Source: Nemertoderma westbladi (taxonomy: Eukaryota; Animalia; Xenacoelomorpha). From it: 64,000 nt of DNA. Below the pieces are notes generated by a model. That model did no database searches. It was not told the origin of the DNA and saw only the letters and a list, made by a program, of their open reading frames with translations. The position numbers and the translations under genes are program-made. Where the stretch lies: assembly GCA_032718475.1 (NCBI GenBank), contig JAUCBJ010005512.1, positions 1 to 64,000 of the forward strand, in the 5' to 3' direction. This document shows, one piece after another, positions 14,139 to 28,700 of this stretch. Numbering within the stretch: the first letter of the stretch is position 1; each line of letters opens with the position of its first letter.

Positions 14139-15078
14139 CTGCAACAATTACAATAAAAGGTGAAATATTTCAATTATTAATGCTGTAGGGACTATTATTA
14201 TTCAGTTTATCGATATTGATAACAATTTATATTTGTGTTGAATACCACACAGACACAACACCATACAGTTCTGTCATATGGCAGCTAAGTGAACTGCGAG
14301 GGTGAGAGGAAACATGGTGTTCGGCTGTCGCTATTTACATTTCTGGAATGCATGCTAAAGAAACTTGTCTTGATAATACAAATCAATGGCTTACACATGG
14401 GTGATGGTGCGAATTGGTGTTCCGATTTAGAAACTCCCGCAAATGCATCCCCCTAACGGTGTTTGCCGATATTCGTAGGCCTACACTTACGGTGTAGCGC
14501 AAACCACACACAATCAGTATTGTACCACATTCATACCATTAATTCTCCTTTTGGTATTGATATATTTAGTGTTATGCAAAGGAATAATGATAACACACAA
14601 TATGAACACACAGAAGGTGAAGCAAAGTCTCAAATCGAAAGTATTTTGATAAGGGAATAGATATCTGGAAAGGTGATGTTTGCAGGGTGATAATTGAATG
14701 CAGATTTAATAAAGGCGACATTCCTAATTTAAATATTATATTCAATATGACACGCTATATAGTGTTTCTTTACTTCTGGTGACACTTTATAAAATGATAC
14801 TGTGCGCAATATTATATTTTATTCACTATGTAAATATGTAGCTATACAATATTTTTCTGTGTACTACTGTACTGTATGTCAGCTTGATATGTATGAAATT
14901 AAATAAGTATAAACCTCTAGAGCAATGAATTGTCATTAACAAATTCTAGTTAATAAATTTAGTTAATTTAAAATAGTTAATAATAAGATCTTAACTCATA
15001 GTAAATTATTTAAGACGACTTCCAAAGAAGTCCAGTATGTATGTAGGCCTAACAAAATACGAAGCATTTAAGAAATAC

Positions 15079-15864
15079 CTGGGTCAACACATTGCGTTTG
15101 GTATTATTTGGGTGATTATATGCACTTTCCTCCCACTCTCTCGCTGTGATTGGCCCAACCTTCCAATGCCACGGTTTCTCTAAGGAAATATCGGTGTTGT
15201 AAACGTTCTCAGCTAGAGATAATGTCCCCGGTCGTACCCGACCGTTACCATAACTACCAGTGGAAACATCTTGAAATCGGACTTTTAATCCCTGTGTCTT
15301 GCGGTGCCAATCAAGTTCCTCTTTAGTTTCCAACCAAGAATTCGCTTCCTGGTATTGGTCAACCATTTTTCTAGGGGAATCACGTGATTGGACGACCAAT
15401 CGCGGCAGACCTTCTCTTATAACGTGTCCCTTATCGGTCAATATCGGTATTGGTCGATAGGGGGCGTCTTTAGGTCTACCTGACGGTTTGTAGATAGGTA
15501 TTACTCTTGTAGGTTGAACTAACTTCCCATAAAGTTGTTCGAAGGCGCTTTCCTTGACTGCTTGCGGTTTATTTATAATATGGGAAGGGGAAATATTAGA
15601 TGGCTGTGGTTTATTTACTATAGGTGTGCTAGTAACGATCCCTGAGTTAAAATTAAATAGTTTGTTCATGGCTCGTCTAGGTGAGTCCAGCATTGATTGA
15701 CGATGTGTCTGCTGGTCTGCTGCCGCTGCGGGTTTGTGATGTATAAAGTTTGTCGATTTCTTACCATTTTGTGTGATGGGCTGACCTGTACCTGCCACTA
15801 CTGGCAGAGCGCCGTTAATTTTATCCTGTGATGGAAGTGAGTTCTTAATCTTGGCGGCAGCCAT
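15079..15864 (-). CDS. Uncharacterised host gene, exon 1 (spliced product ~520 aa, no recognised domain)
   Basis: ATG at 15864, 262 open codons, donor CAG|gtattt at 15078; a 940-nt intron joins in frame to 14138. Confidence 0.75.
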
Positions 15865-16711
15865 CTCATCAGTGAAATAATTTGATACTTTGAAACAGTG
15901 AAAACAGCAGTCACAATAAAAATCACAGAATCGTTACACAGTGCTATAAAATGATTAATGAATCGTAGGCAAGCTACAGTACTTTATATTATTATAATGT
16001 GTAAGTGTTATTTCGGATAATTTAATTTTTATAAAGGTTCAACAAGGAATTACTGTATTGTGTTATAATCAATTGTTATCCTGGCACTGTTGAATTCATT
16101 ATAGGTTTATGTAATGTTTTATGTTCTCGGATTAATTCCATTACACCTTAGTATTGTGACTTGCGAGTGGTGAAGGTTAGCAATGATACCGTGACACTGT
16201 TATCCTGTACAGGATATACCGCGTAATATTGTTTATGCATGAATAGGTTTATTGTAAAATTTTCTAAAAACCACTTGATAATAGTATCAATTGTCAAAGC
16301 GCACACAGTTAATCACAGATTTAGGTAGATCACAAAAGATGGATTAAAGTTTTTGTCTTGATATAATTTCTACAAATTTAACACAGTTACTATTAACCAA
16401 ATACATTGCCGAGGGGTCGGTCAATGACTCTCCTTTTCTCAACATCCAATAATATTGCCCGTTTTATAAATGCTTTCAGTTGTTATGGGGCTGTTCTGTT
16501 TGATAAGTTCCTGCATTCTTTCCTTATTACAGTTAGTCACTGCAAACAATCACTCATTAGGTAAGTACCGGCATACCGCTAATATTTAAATGTAAGTAAA
16601 TATATGTCTTGATTGTTGCTGTATGTGAGCACTTGTAATTGCTTCAATTTTATCCTGTATGTACTTTTCCTGGCTGATGTTGTAGGCCAATTTAAGATCG
16701 TTCTTAGCTTT

Positions 16712-17907
16712 TGTTCGCGCTTTCAGACCTTTAGCAGTTTAACCTGCCAAATTTGGATGTCTTCTAGATAATAAATCGACTTTAGCCTATGACGAGTATT
16801 TGATACACTACATTAGCCGAAGCCAGTCTATGCGCGACCATTCACCCGCTGGATATACCCGGGAGACTGGATTCGGAAGCCTAACCTTATTGCGGTGTAG
16901 GCCTACTGTATTATTCGACTGATCGTAATATATATTCTCTGACAAATATTATTCACTTTCGGGAAATATTAACAGTTCCTTTAGGACGTGGCGCTCTAAA
17001 TATGTAAACAGAGTTATGACTTACACTAGACACAACGGGATGGCTATGGATTCACGTATATAGCGCATTCTTTAGGAGATGCTTTGTTATCAGTCACAAT
17101 CATGTACACTGTCGCACAATGCTGCACACCGATCTGCAGACCTAAACTTATTTTAGTCACATATAAAGAGAACAACAACCGACTCATGTAGTGCCTATGA
17201 AATAGCATTAGATTCACTCCAAAACCACTTTAATGTAAGTCGCAATTGTTATATGTAACCGGTCTCTCTAACCTTCAGTATATCAAGAAGATTGGGGTTT
17301 CTGATTATTGATCGATATTATCCAAATATAATAATATTCCATCAACCGATATAATTAATGACCGACAGTAAATAGCAGTAAAAATGCGGTGTTTGTGGTT
17401 GACAATATGATTAGGTGAGTAGGATGGGTAGGCATGAATTGGTATGATATGTGGTTTGATAACAGATATACGTTTCGATGATCAAGCCTACTAATGTTGG
17501 GCTAAAGCCTGAAAACACAGAGGTTCCAAAGCCGGTCTTCTGGCTGTGGACAAAATACACATACTGACTCAACTGCACGAGTTTCTGTATACAATCTCCA
17601 ACACAGAGTCAAAAAACGCTCTGATTGGTCGACCGAACAAAGAAAGAACAGAGAACAAAGGAAAAGCTCCACGTGTACAGATCAGCTGTTAGCCGTCGTC
17701 ATAGTAACTACACGGTGTCAAGAGGATTTAGCGTATTGCGCCATAATATTGCTAGTTATGTCCGCTAAAGTACACATACAGACGAAATGGCTTTTTATGT
17801 CCACTAAAACACCAGTACAGTAATGAAACGGCTTTTTATGCCCGTTAAACCAACTACAGAGTACTTTGCGGGGAAAATAACCAGCCAATTCCGCAAAAGC
17901 TTTTACA
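16712..17907 (-). mobile_element. Solo LTR (1196 bp) of the same BEL/Pao family, 5-bp TSD GCTTT
   Basis: Reverse complement begins tgtaaaagcttttg and ends aaagcgcgaaca like the LTRs at 33934 and 52041; gcttt flanks both ends (16707-16711, 17908-17912). Confidence 0.93.
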
Positions 17908-18396
17908 GCTTTCTCAACCTTGTTAATGTTTTCGGTTGCTGTATATGAGGTATCTGGTCGGAAAAGTTGTGCAAAGGGGTGCCTCAAAGCCGATAGTCCT
18001 GAAGAACGTGTTGGGAAGTGGAAAAATCACTTCAGCAACTTGCTTGGGCATCCACCAAACATCGAGGTCAGCCCTACAAGGAAAATATATGACAAGACAC
18101 TACCTATAGAAACAGGGGACTTCACACCTGCCGAACTCCAAAGAAGCATTAAAAGCATGTCCAATAATAAAGCAAGTGGATTAGATGAAATCCCAGCGGA
18201 GGTATGGAAAACCGGAGTGCCATTATTCAGATATTATTATTCAGATGTTATTATTACAGACCATTATTGAATGTTTGCAACCGGATGTTAAAAGGGGAAA
18301 AGCCACCACCAATTTGTACTAAAGGTCTACTAAAGCCTCTCCCCCAAGAAAGGAGACCTCGGCATACCAACAAACTATCGTGGGATCTGTCTGCTT

Positions 18397-19506
18397 GTGG
18401 TAGCTGCCAAAATATACAATAAAATGATTCTATATAGGATTAGGCCTCACATAGAGAAACTACTGCGTAAGAGCCATAACGGATTTCGACCAAGTAGATC
18501 AACAATAGCTCAGATACTTGCACTACGAAGACTGATTGAAGGAATTAAGTCAAAAATTCTCCCCGCAGTCATGACTTTTGTGGACTTCAAAAAGGTATTC
18601 GACTCCATCCATAGAGGTAAAATGCTTGAAATCCTAAGAGCTTATGGAATACCAGAAGTAATTGTTGCTGGCATTGGATTGTTATATTGTGACACAGAAG
18701 CGCAGGTACTCTCACCAGATGGTGAATCTGATATTTTCTCAATCCTGGCTGGCGTACTGCAAGGTGACACATTAGCACCATTACTATTTGAAATTGTGCT
18801 GGATTACGCAATGAGGACGGCCACAAAGGGTGAAGAAGATCTGGGATTCACACTTCAAGAACGTAGAAGTAGTAGATATCTGGCAACTACAGTCACAGAC
18901 ACCGACTTTGCGGATGACATGGCCCTGCTCTCTAATACGCTAGCAGATGCACAGCTTCTACTAAATAAAGTGGAGAGGGCTGCTATGGAGGTTGGATTGC
19001 ATATAAATGCTACCGAGACCGAATTCATGACATTTAATGTGGATGGAAACTTGACAATCATTGATAATAATGAACTAAGGAAGGTCGATGACTTCCAGTA
19101 CCTTGGATCATGGATAGAGAGTAGCAAAAAGGACATAGAAGTTAGGAAAGCAAAGGCTTGGGCAGCTCTATCAAAAATGGATACCATCTGGAAATCAGAT
19201 CTCTCCAGGCACCTGAAGACTAAGAACTTTCGAGCCACAGTGGAAAGTGTATTTTTATATGGGGATGAGACCTGGACACTGACTAAAAAATCACTTGAAC
19301 AACGAATTGATGGTTGCTACACAAGACTACTAAGGGCAGCCCTAAACATCAGCTGGAGACAACACATTACAAACGCCGAGCTTTATGGTACAATACCACC
19401 TGTATCAACCACCCTCCGTGAACGCAGATTAAGATTCAGTGGGCACTGCTGGCGAAGTAAAGACGAGGTCATACCATATCTACTTCTCTGGCAACCAACT
19501 CATTGA
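18397..19506 (+). pseudogene. LINE ORF2 reverse transcriptase domain (disrupted)
   Basis: Non-LTR RT motifs FVDFKKVFDSI, QGDTLAP and FADD in the ORF track. Confidence 0.9.
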
Positions 19507-19764
19507 AAGCGTAGTCGTGGACGACCGGCCATAATATATATAGATCAACTTGAAAGGGATACTGAACTTGGTAGACACGAAATTGCGACAACTATGGAGA
19601 ATCGGGAAGCCTGGAAGGATCTCATTTCCACTGTCTGAGTTCGGTCGACCTAGTAGTAGTAGTAGTACTGTAGGCCTACCGCATACCGGTGTGCTTGTTT
19701 CTATTGAATCCCCCTGAAAAAAGACTCCCTTGAATGGAGATTCATTCCAACTTACTGTATGTTG

Positions 19765-22700
19765 AATACAACCTAGGTTAAAAGATGTCTCTGGGTTTAA
19801 ATGAATCCCTTGATTAACACGATTCAATACAACCTAGGTTAAAAGATGTCTCTGGGTTTAAATGAATCCCTTGATTAACACGATTCAATACAACCTAGGT
19901 TAAAAGATGTCTCTGGGTTTAAATGAATGCCTTGATCAACACGATTCATTACAACCTAGGTTAAAAGATGTCTCTGGGTTTAAATGAATCCCTTGATCAA
20001 CACGATTCAATACAACGTAGGTTAAAAGATGTCTCTGGGTTTAAATTAATCGCTTGATTAACACGATTCAATACAACGTAGGTTAATAGATGTCTCTGGG
20101 TTTAAATGAATCCCTTGATTAACACGATTCAATACAACCTAGGTTAAAAGATGTCTCTGGGTTTAAATGAATCCCTTGATTAACACGATTCAATACAACC
20201 TAGGTTAAAAGATGTCTCTGGGTTTAAATTAATCGCTTGATTAACACGATTCAATACAACGTAGGTTAATAGATGTCTCTGGGTTTAAATGAATCCCTTG
20301 ATCAACACGATTCAATACAACCTAGGTTAAAAGATGTCTCTGGGTTTAAATGAATCCCTTGATCAATACGATTCAATACAACGTAGGTTAATAGATGTCT
20401 CTGGGTTTAAATGAATCCCTTGATCAACACGATTCAATACAACCTAGGTTAAAAGATGTCTCTGGGTTTAAATGAATCCCTTGATCAACACGATTCAATA
20501 CAACCTAGGTTAAAAGATGTCTCTGGGTTTAAATGAATCCCTTGATCAACACGATTCAATACAACCTAGGTTAAAAGATGTCTCTGGGTTTAAATGAATG
20601 CCTTGATCAACACGATTCAATACAACGTAGGTTAAAAGATGTCTCTGGGTTTAAATGAATGCCTTGATCAACACGATTCAATACAACCTAGGTTAAAAGA
20701 TGTCTCTGGGTTTAAATGAATGCCTTGATTAACACGATTCAATACAACCTAGGTTAAAAGATGTCTCTGGGTTTAAATGAATCCCTTGATTAACACGATT
20801 CAATACAACCTAGGTTAAAAGATGTCTCTGGGTTTAAATGAATCCCTTGATCAATACGATTCAATACAACGTAGGTTAATAGATGTCTCTGGGTTTAAAT
20901 GAATCCCTTGATCAACACGATTCAATACAACCTAGGTTAAAAGATGTCTCTGGGTTTAAATGAATCCCTTGATTAACACGATTCAATACAACCTAGGTTA
21001 ATAGATGTCTCTGGGTTTAAATGAATCCCTTGATTAACACGATTCAATACAACCTAGGTTAAAAGATGTCTCTGGGTTTAAATGAATCCCTTGATCAACA
21101 CGATTCAATACAACCTAGGTTAAAAGATGTCTCTGGGTTTAAATGAATCCCTTGATTAACACGATTCAATACAACCTAGGTTAAAAGATGTCTCTGGGTT
21201 TAAATGAATGCCTTGATCAACACGATTCATTACAACCTAGGTTAAAAGATGTCTCTGGGTTTAAATGAATCCCTTGATCAACACGATTCAATACAACCTA
21301 GGTTAAAAGATGTCTCTGGGTTTAAATTAATCCCTTGATTAATACGATTCAATACAACGTAGGTTAAAAGATGTCTCTGGGTTTAAATGAATCCCTTGAT
21401 TAATACGATTCAATACAACGTAGGTTAAAAGATGTCTCTGGGTTTAAATGAATCCCTTGATCAACACGATTCAATACAACGTAGGTTAAAAGATGTCTCT
21501 GGGTTTAAATGAATCCCTTGATTAATACGATTCAATACAACGTAGGTTAAAAGATGTCTCTGGGTTTAAATGAATCCCTTGATTAACACGATTCAATACA
21601 ACCTAGGTTAAAAGATGTCTCTGGGTTTAAACGAATCCCTTGATCAACACGATTCAATACAACCTAGGTTAAAAGATGTCTCTGGGTTTAAATGAATGCC
21701 TTGATCAACACGATTCATTACAACCTAGGTTAAAAGATGTCTCTGGGTTTAAATGAATCCCTTGATCAACACGATTCAATACAACCTAGGTTAAAAGATG
21801 TCTCTGGGTTTAAATGAATCCCTTGATTAACACGATTCAATACAACCTAGGTTAAAAGATGTCTCTGGGTTTAAACGAATCCCTTGATCAACACGATTCA
21901 ATACAACCTAGGTTAAAAGATGTCTCTGGGTTTAAATTAATCCCTTGATTAACACGATTCAATACAACGTAGGTTAAAAGATGTCTCTGGGTTTAAATGA
22001 ATCCCTTGATCAACACGATTCAATACAACCTAGGTTAAAAGATGTCTCTGGGTTTAAATGAATCCCTTGATCAACACGATTCAATACAACCTAGGTTAAA
22101 AGATGTCTCTGGGTTTAAATGAATCCCTTGATCAACACGATTCAATACAACCTAGGTTAAAAGATGTCTCTGGGTTTAAATGAATCCCTTGATTAACACG
22201 ATTCAATACAACCTAGGTTAAAAGATGTCTCTGGGTTTAAATGAATCCCTTGATTAACACGATTCAATACAACCTAGGTTAAAAGATGTCTCTGGGTTTA
22301 AATGAATCCCTTGATCAACACGATTCAATACAACCTAGGTTAAAAGATGTCTCTGGGTTTAAATGAATCCCTTGATTAACACGATTCAATACAACCTAGG
22401 TTAAAAGATGTCTCTGGGTTTAAATGAATCCCTTGATTAACACGATTCAATACAACCTAGGTTAAAAGATGTCTCTGGGTTTAAATGAATCCCTTGATTA
22501 ATACGATTCAATACAACGTAGGTTAAAATATGTCTCTGGGTTTAAATGAATCCCTTGATCAACACGATTCAATACAACCTAGGTTAAAAGATGTCTCTGG
22601 GTTTAAATGAATCCCTTGATTAACACGATTCAATACAACCTAGGTTAAAAGATGTCTCTGGGTTTAAATGAATCCCTTGATTAACACGATTCAATACAAC

Positions 22701-25700
22701 CTAGGTTAAAAGATGTCTCTGGGTTTAAATGAATCCCTTGATTAATACGATTCAATACAACGTAGGTTAAAATATGTCTCTGGGTTTAAATGAATCCCTT
22801 GATCAACACGATTCAATACAACCTAGGTTAAAAGATGTCTCTGGGTTTAAATGAATCCCTTGATTAACACGATTCAATACAACCTAGGTTAAAAGATGTC
22901 TCTGGGTTTAAATGAATGCCTTGATCAACACGATTCATTACAACCTAGGTTAAAAGATGTCTCTGGGTTTAAATGAATCCCTTGATCAACACGATTCAAT
23001 ACAACCTAGGTTAAAAGATGTCTCTGGGTTTAAATGAATGCCTTGATCAACACGATTCAATACAACCTAGGTTAAAAGATGTCTCTGGGTTTAAATGAAT
23101 CCCTTGATCAACACGATTCAATACAACCTAGGTTAAAAGATGTCTCTGGGTTTAAATGAATCCCTTGATCAACACGATTCAATACAACGTAGGTTAAAAG
23201 ATGTCTCTGGGTTTAAATGAATCCCTTGATTAACACGATTCAATACAACCTAGGTTAAAAGATGTCTCTGGGTTTAAATGAATCCCTTGATCAACACGAT
23301 TCAATACAACCTAGGTTAAAAGATGTCTCTGGGTTTAAATGAATCCCTTGATCAACACGATTCAATACAACGTAGGTTAAAAGATGTCTCTGGGTTTAAA
23401 TGAATCCCTTGATTAACACGATTCAATTCAACCTAGGTTAAAAGATGTCTCTGGGTTTAAATGAATGCCTTGATCAACACGATTCAATACAACCTAGGTT
23501 AAAAGATGTCTCTGGGTTTAAATGAATCCCTTGATCAACACGATTCAATACAACCTAGGTTAAAAGATGTCTCTGGGTCTAAATTAATCCCTTGATCAAC
23601 ACGATTCAATACAACCTAGGTTAAAAGATGTCTCTGGGTTTAAATTAATCCCTTGATTAATACGATTCAATACAACGTAGGTTAAAAGATGTCTCTGGGT
23701 TTAAATTAATCCCTTGATTAACACGATTCAATACAACGCAGGTTAAAAGATGTCTCTGGGTTTAAATTAATCGCTTGATTAACACGATTCAATACAACGC
23801 AGGTTAAAAGATGTCTCTGGGTTTAAATTAATCGCTTGATTAACACGATTCAATACAACCTAGGTTAAAAGATGTCTCTGGGTTTAAATGAATCCCCTGA
23901 TTAACACGATTCAATACAACCTAGGTTAAAATATGTTTCTGGGTTTAAATGTATCCCTTGATCAACACGATTCAATACAACGTAGGTTAATAGATGTCTC
24001 TGGGTTTAAATTAATCCCTTGATTAACACGATTCAATACAACCTAGGTTAAAAGATGTCTCTGGGTTTAAATGAATGCCTTGATTAACACGATTCAATAC
24101 AACCTAGGTTAAAAGATGTCTCTGGGTCTAAATGAATCCCTTGATCAACACGATTCAATACAACCTAGGTTAAAAGATGTCTCTGGGTTTAAATTAATCC
24201 CTTGATCAACACGATTCAATACAACCTAGGTTAAAAGATGTCTCTGGGTTTAAATGAATCCCTTGATTAACACGATTCAATACAACGTAGGTTAAAAGAT
24301 GTCTCTGGGTTTAAATGAATCCCTTGATTAACACGATTCAATACAACCTAGGTTAAAATATGTCTCTGGGTTTAAATGAATCCCTTGATTAACACGATTC
24401 AATACAACCTAGGTTAAAAGATGTCTCTGGGTTTAAATTAATCCCTTGATTAACACGATTCAATACAACCTAGGTTAAAAGATGTCTCTGGGTTTAAATG
24501 AATGCCTTGATTAACACGATTCAATACAACCTAGGTTAAAAGATGTCTCTGGGTTTAAATGAATCCCTTGATCAACACGATTCAATACAACCTAGGTTAA
24601 AAGATGTCTCTGGGTTTAAATGAATCCCTTGATCAACACGATTCAATACAACGTAGGTTAAAAGATGTCTCTGGGTTTAAATGAATCCCTTGATTAACAC
24701 GATTCAATTCAACCTAGGTTAAAAGATGTCTCTGGGTTTAAATGAATGCCTTGATCAACACGATTCAATACAACCTAGGTTAAAAGATGTCTCTGGGTTT
24801 AAATGAATCCCTTGATCAACACGATTCAATACAACCTAGGTTAAAAGATGTCTCTGGGTCTAAATTAATCCCTTGATCAACACGATTCAATACAACCTAG
24901 GTTAAAAGATGTCTCTGGGTTTAAATTAATCCCTTGATTAATACGATTCAATACAACGTAGGTTAAAAGATGTCTCTGGGTTTAAATTAATCCCTTGATT
25001 AACACGATTCAATACAACGCAGGTTAAAATATGTCTCTGGGTTTAAATTAATCGCTTGATTAACACGATTCAATACAACGCAGGTTAAAAGATGTCTCTG
25101 GGTTTAAATTAATCGCTTGATTAACACGATTCAATACAACCTAGGTTAAAAGATGTCTCTGGGTTTAAATGAATCCCCTGATTAACACGATTCAATACAA
25201 CCTAGGTTAAAATATGTTTCTGGGTTTAAATGTATCCCTTGATCAACACGATTCAATACAACGTAGGTTAATAGATGTCTCTGGGTTTAAATTAATCCCT
25301 TGATTAACACGATTCAATACAACCTAGGTTAAAAGATGTCTCTGGGTTTAAATGAATGCCTTGATTAACACGATTCAATACAACCTAGGTTAAAAGATGT
25401 CTCTGGGTCTAAATGAATCCCTTGATCAACACGATTCAATACAACCTAGGTTAAAAGATGTCTCTGGGTTTAAATTAATCCCTTGATCAACACGATTCAA
25501 TACAACCTAGGTTAAAAGATGTCTCTGGGTTTAAATGAATCCCTTGATTAACACGATTCAATACAACGTAGGTTAAAAGATGTCTCTGGGTTTAAATGAA
25601 TCCCTTGATTAACACGATTCAATACAACGTAGGTTAATAGATGTCTCTGGGTTTAAATTAATCCCTTGATTAACACGATTCAATACAACCTAGGTTAAAA

Positions 25701-28700
25701 GATGTCTCTGGGTTTAAATGAATGCCTTGATTAACACGATTCAATACAACCTAGGTTAAAAGATGTCTCTGGGTTTAAATGAATCTTTTGATCAACACGA
25801 TTCAATACAACGTAGGTTAAAAGATGTCTCTGGGTTTAAATGAATCCCTTGATTAACACGATTCAATACAACCTAGGTTAAAAGATGTCTCTGGGTTTAA
25901 ATGAATGCCTTGATTAACACGATTCAATACAACCTAGGTTAAAAGATGTCTCTGGGTTTAAATGAATCCCTTGATCAACACGATTCAATACAACGTAGGT
26001 TAAAAGATGTCTCTGGGTTTAAATGAATCCCTTGATTAACACGATTCAATACAACCTAGGTTAAAAGATGTCTCTGGGTTTAAATGAATCCCTTGATCAA
26101 CACGATTCAATACAACGTAGGTTAATAGATGTCTCTGGGTTTAAATGAATCCCTTGATCAACACGATTCATTACAACCTAGGTTAAAAGATGTCTCTGGG
26201 TTTAAATTAATCCCTTGATTAACACGATTCAATACAACCTAGGTTAAAAGATGTCTCTGGGTTTAAATTAATCCCTTGATTAACACGATTCAATACAACG
26301 TAGGTTAAAAGATGTCTCTGGGTTTAAATGAATCCCTTGATCAACACGATTCAATACAACGCAGGTTAAAAGATGTCTCTGGGTTTAAATTAATCCCTTG
26401 ATTAACACGATTCAATACAACCTAGGTTAAAAGATGTCTCTGGGTTTAAATTAATCCCTTGATTAACACGATTCAATACAACGTAGGTTAAAAGATGTCT
26501 CTGGGTTTAAATTAATCCCTTGATTAACACGATTCAATACAACCTAGGTTAAAATATGTCTCTGGGTTTAAATGAATCCCTTGATCAACACGATTCAATA
26601 CAACCTAGGTTAAAAGATGTCTCTGGGTTTAAATGAATCCCTTGATCAACACGATTCAATACAACGCAGGTTAAAAGATGTCTCTGGGTTTAAATTAATC
26701 CCTTGATTAACACGATTCAATACAACCTAGGTTAAAAGATGTCTCTGGGTTTAAATTAATCCCTTGATTAACACGATTCAATACAACGCAGGTTAAAAGA
26801 TGTCTCTGGGTTTAAATTAATCCCTTGATTAACACGATTCAATACAACCTAGGTTAAAAGATGTCTCTGGGTTTAAATGAATCCCTTGATCAACACGATT
26901 CAATACAACCTAGGTTAAAAGATGTCTCTGGGTTTAAATGAATCCCTTGATTAACACGATTCAATACAACCTAGGTTAAAAGATGTCTCTGGCTTTAAAT
27001 TAATCCCTTGATTAACACGATTCAATACAACGCAGGTTAAAAGATGTCTCTGGGTTTAAATTAATCCCTTGATTAACACGATTCAATACAACCTAGGTTA
27101 AAAGATGTCTCTGGGTTTAAATGAATCCCTTGATCAACACGATTCAATACAACGCAGGTTAAAAGATGTCTCTGGGTTTAAATTAATCCCTTGATTAACA
27201 CGATTCAATACAACCTAGGTTAAAAGATGTCTCTGGGTTTAAATTAATCCCTTGATTAACACGATTCAATACAACGCAGGTTAAAAGATGTCTCTGGGTT
27301 TAAATTAATCCCTTGATTAACACGATTCAATACAACCTAGGTTAAAAGATGTCTCTGGGTTTAAATTAATCCCTTGATTAACACGATTCAATACAACGTA
27401 GGTTAAAAGATGTCTCTGGGTTTAAATGAATCCCTTGATCAACACGATTCAATACAACGCAGGTTAAAAGATGTCTCTGGGTTTAAATTAATCCCTTGAT
27501 TAACACGATTCAATACAACCTAGGTTAAAAGATGTCTCTGGGTTTAAATGAATCCCCTGATTAACACGATTCAATACAACCTAGGTTAAAATATGTCTCT
27601 GGGTTTAAATGAATCCCTTGATCAACACGATTCAATACAACGCAGGTTAAAAGATGTCTCTGGGTTTAAATTAATCCCTTGATTAACACGATTCAATACA
27701 ACCTAGGTTAAAAGATGTCTCTGGGTTTAAATGAATCCCCTGATTAACACGATTCAATACAACCTAGGTTAAAAGATGTCTCTGGGTTTAAATGAATGCC
27801 TTGATTAACACGATTCAATACAACCTAGGTTAAAAGATGTCTCTGGGTTTAAATGAATCCCTTGATTAACACGATTCAATACAACCTAGGTTAAAAGATG
27901 TCTCTGGGTTTAAATTAATCCCTTGATTAACACGATTCAATACAACCTAGGTTAAAAGATGTCTCTGGGTTTAAATGAATCCCTTGATTAACACGATTCA
28001 ATACAACCTAGGTTAAAAGATGTCTCTGGGTTTAAATTAATCCCTTGATTAACACGATTCAATACAACCTAGGTTAAAAGATGTCTCTGGGTTTAAATGA
28101 ATCCCTTGATTAACACGATTCAATACAACCTAGGTTAAAAGATGTCTCTGGGTTTAAATGAATGCCTTGATCAACACGATTCAATACAACCTAGGTTAAA
28201 AGATGTCTCTGGGTTTAAATGAATCCCTTGATTAACACGATTCAATACAACCTAGGTTAAAAGATGTCTCTGGGTTTAAATTAATCCCTTGATTAACACG
28301 ATTCAATACAACCTAGGTTAAAAGATGTCTCTGGGTTTAAATGAATCCCTTGATTAACACGATTCAATACAACCTAGGTTAAAAGATGTCTCTGGGTTTA
28401 AATGAATGCCTTGATCAACACGATTCAATACAACCTAGGTTAAAAGATGTCTCTGGGTTTAAATGAATGCCTTGATCAACACGATTCAATACAACGTAGG
28501 TTAAAAGATGTCTCTGGGTTTAAATTAATCCCTTGATTAACACGATTCAATACAACCTAGGTTAAAAGATGTCTCTGGGTTTAAATTAATCCCTTGATTA
28601 ACACGATTCAATACAACCTAGGTTAAAAGATGTCTCTGGGTTTAAATGAATGCCTTGATCAACACGATTCATTACAACCTAGGTTAAAAGATGTCTCTGG

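Larger units (their letters stand above)
16600..19666 (+). mobile_element. 5'-truncated, 5'-inverted RTE-like LINE with (TAG)n tail, interrupted by a solo LTR
   Basis: Plus-strand RT ORF (GVLQGDTLAPLLF, DFADDMALL, FQYLGS, RLRFSGHCWR), frameshifted near 18220-18350 with a premature stop at 19504; tagtagtag tail at 19651-19666; upstream ORF2 residues lie on the minus strand at ~16604-16711 and 17908-17945. Confidence 0.88.
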
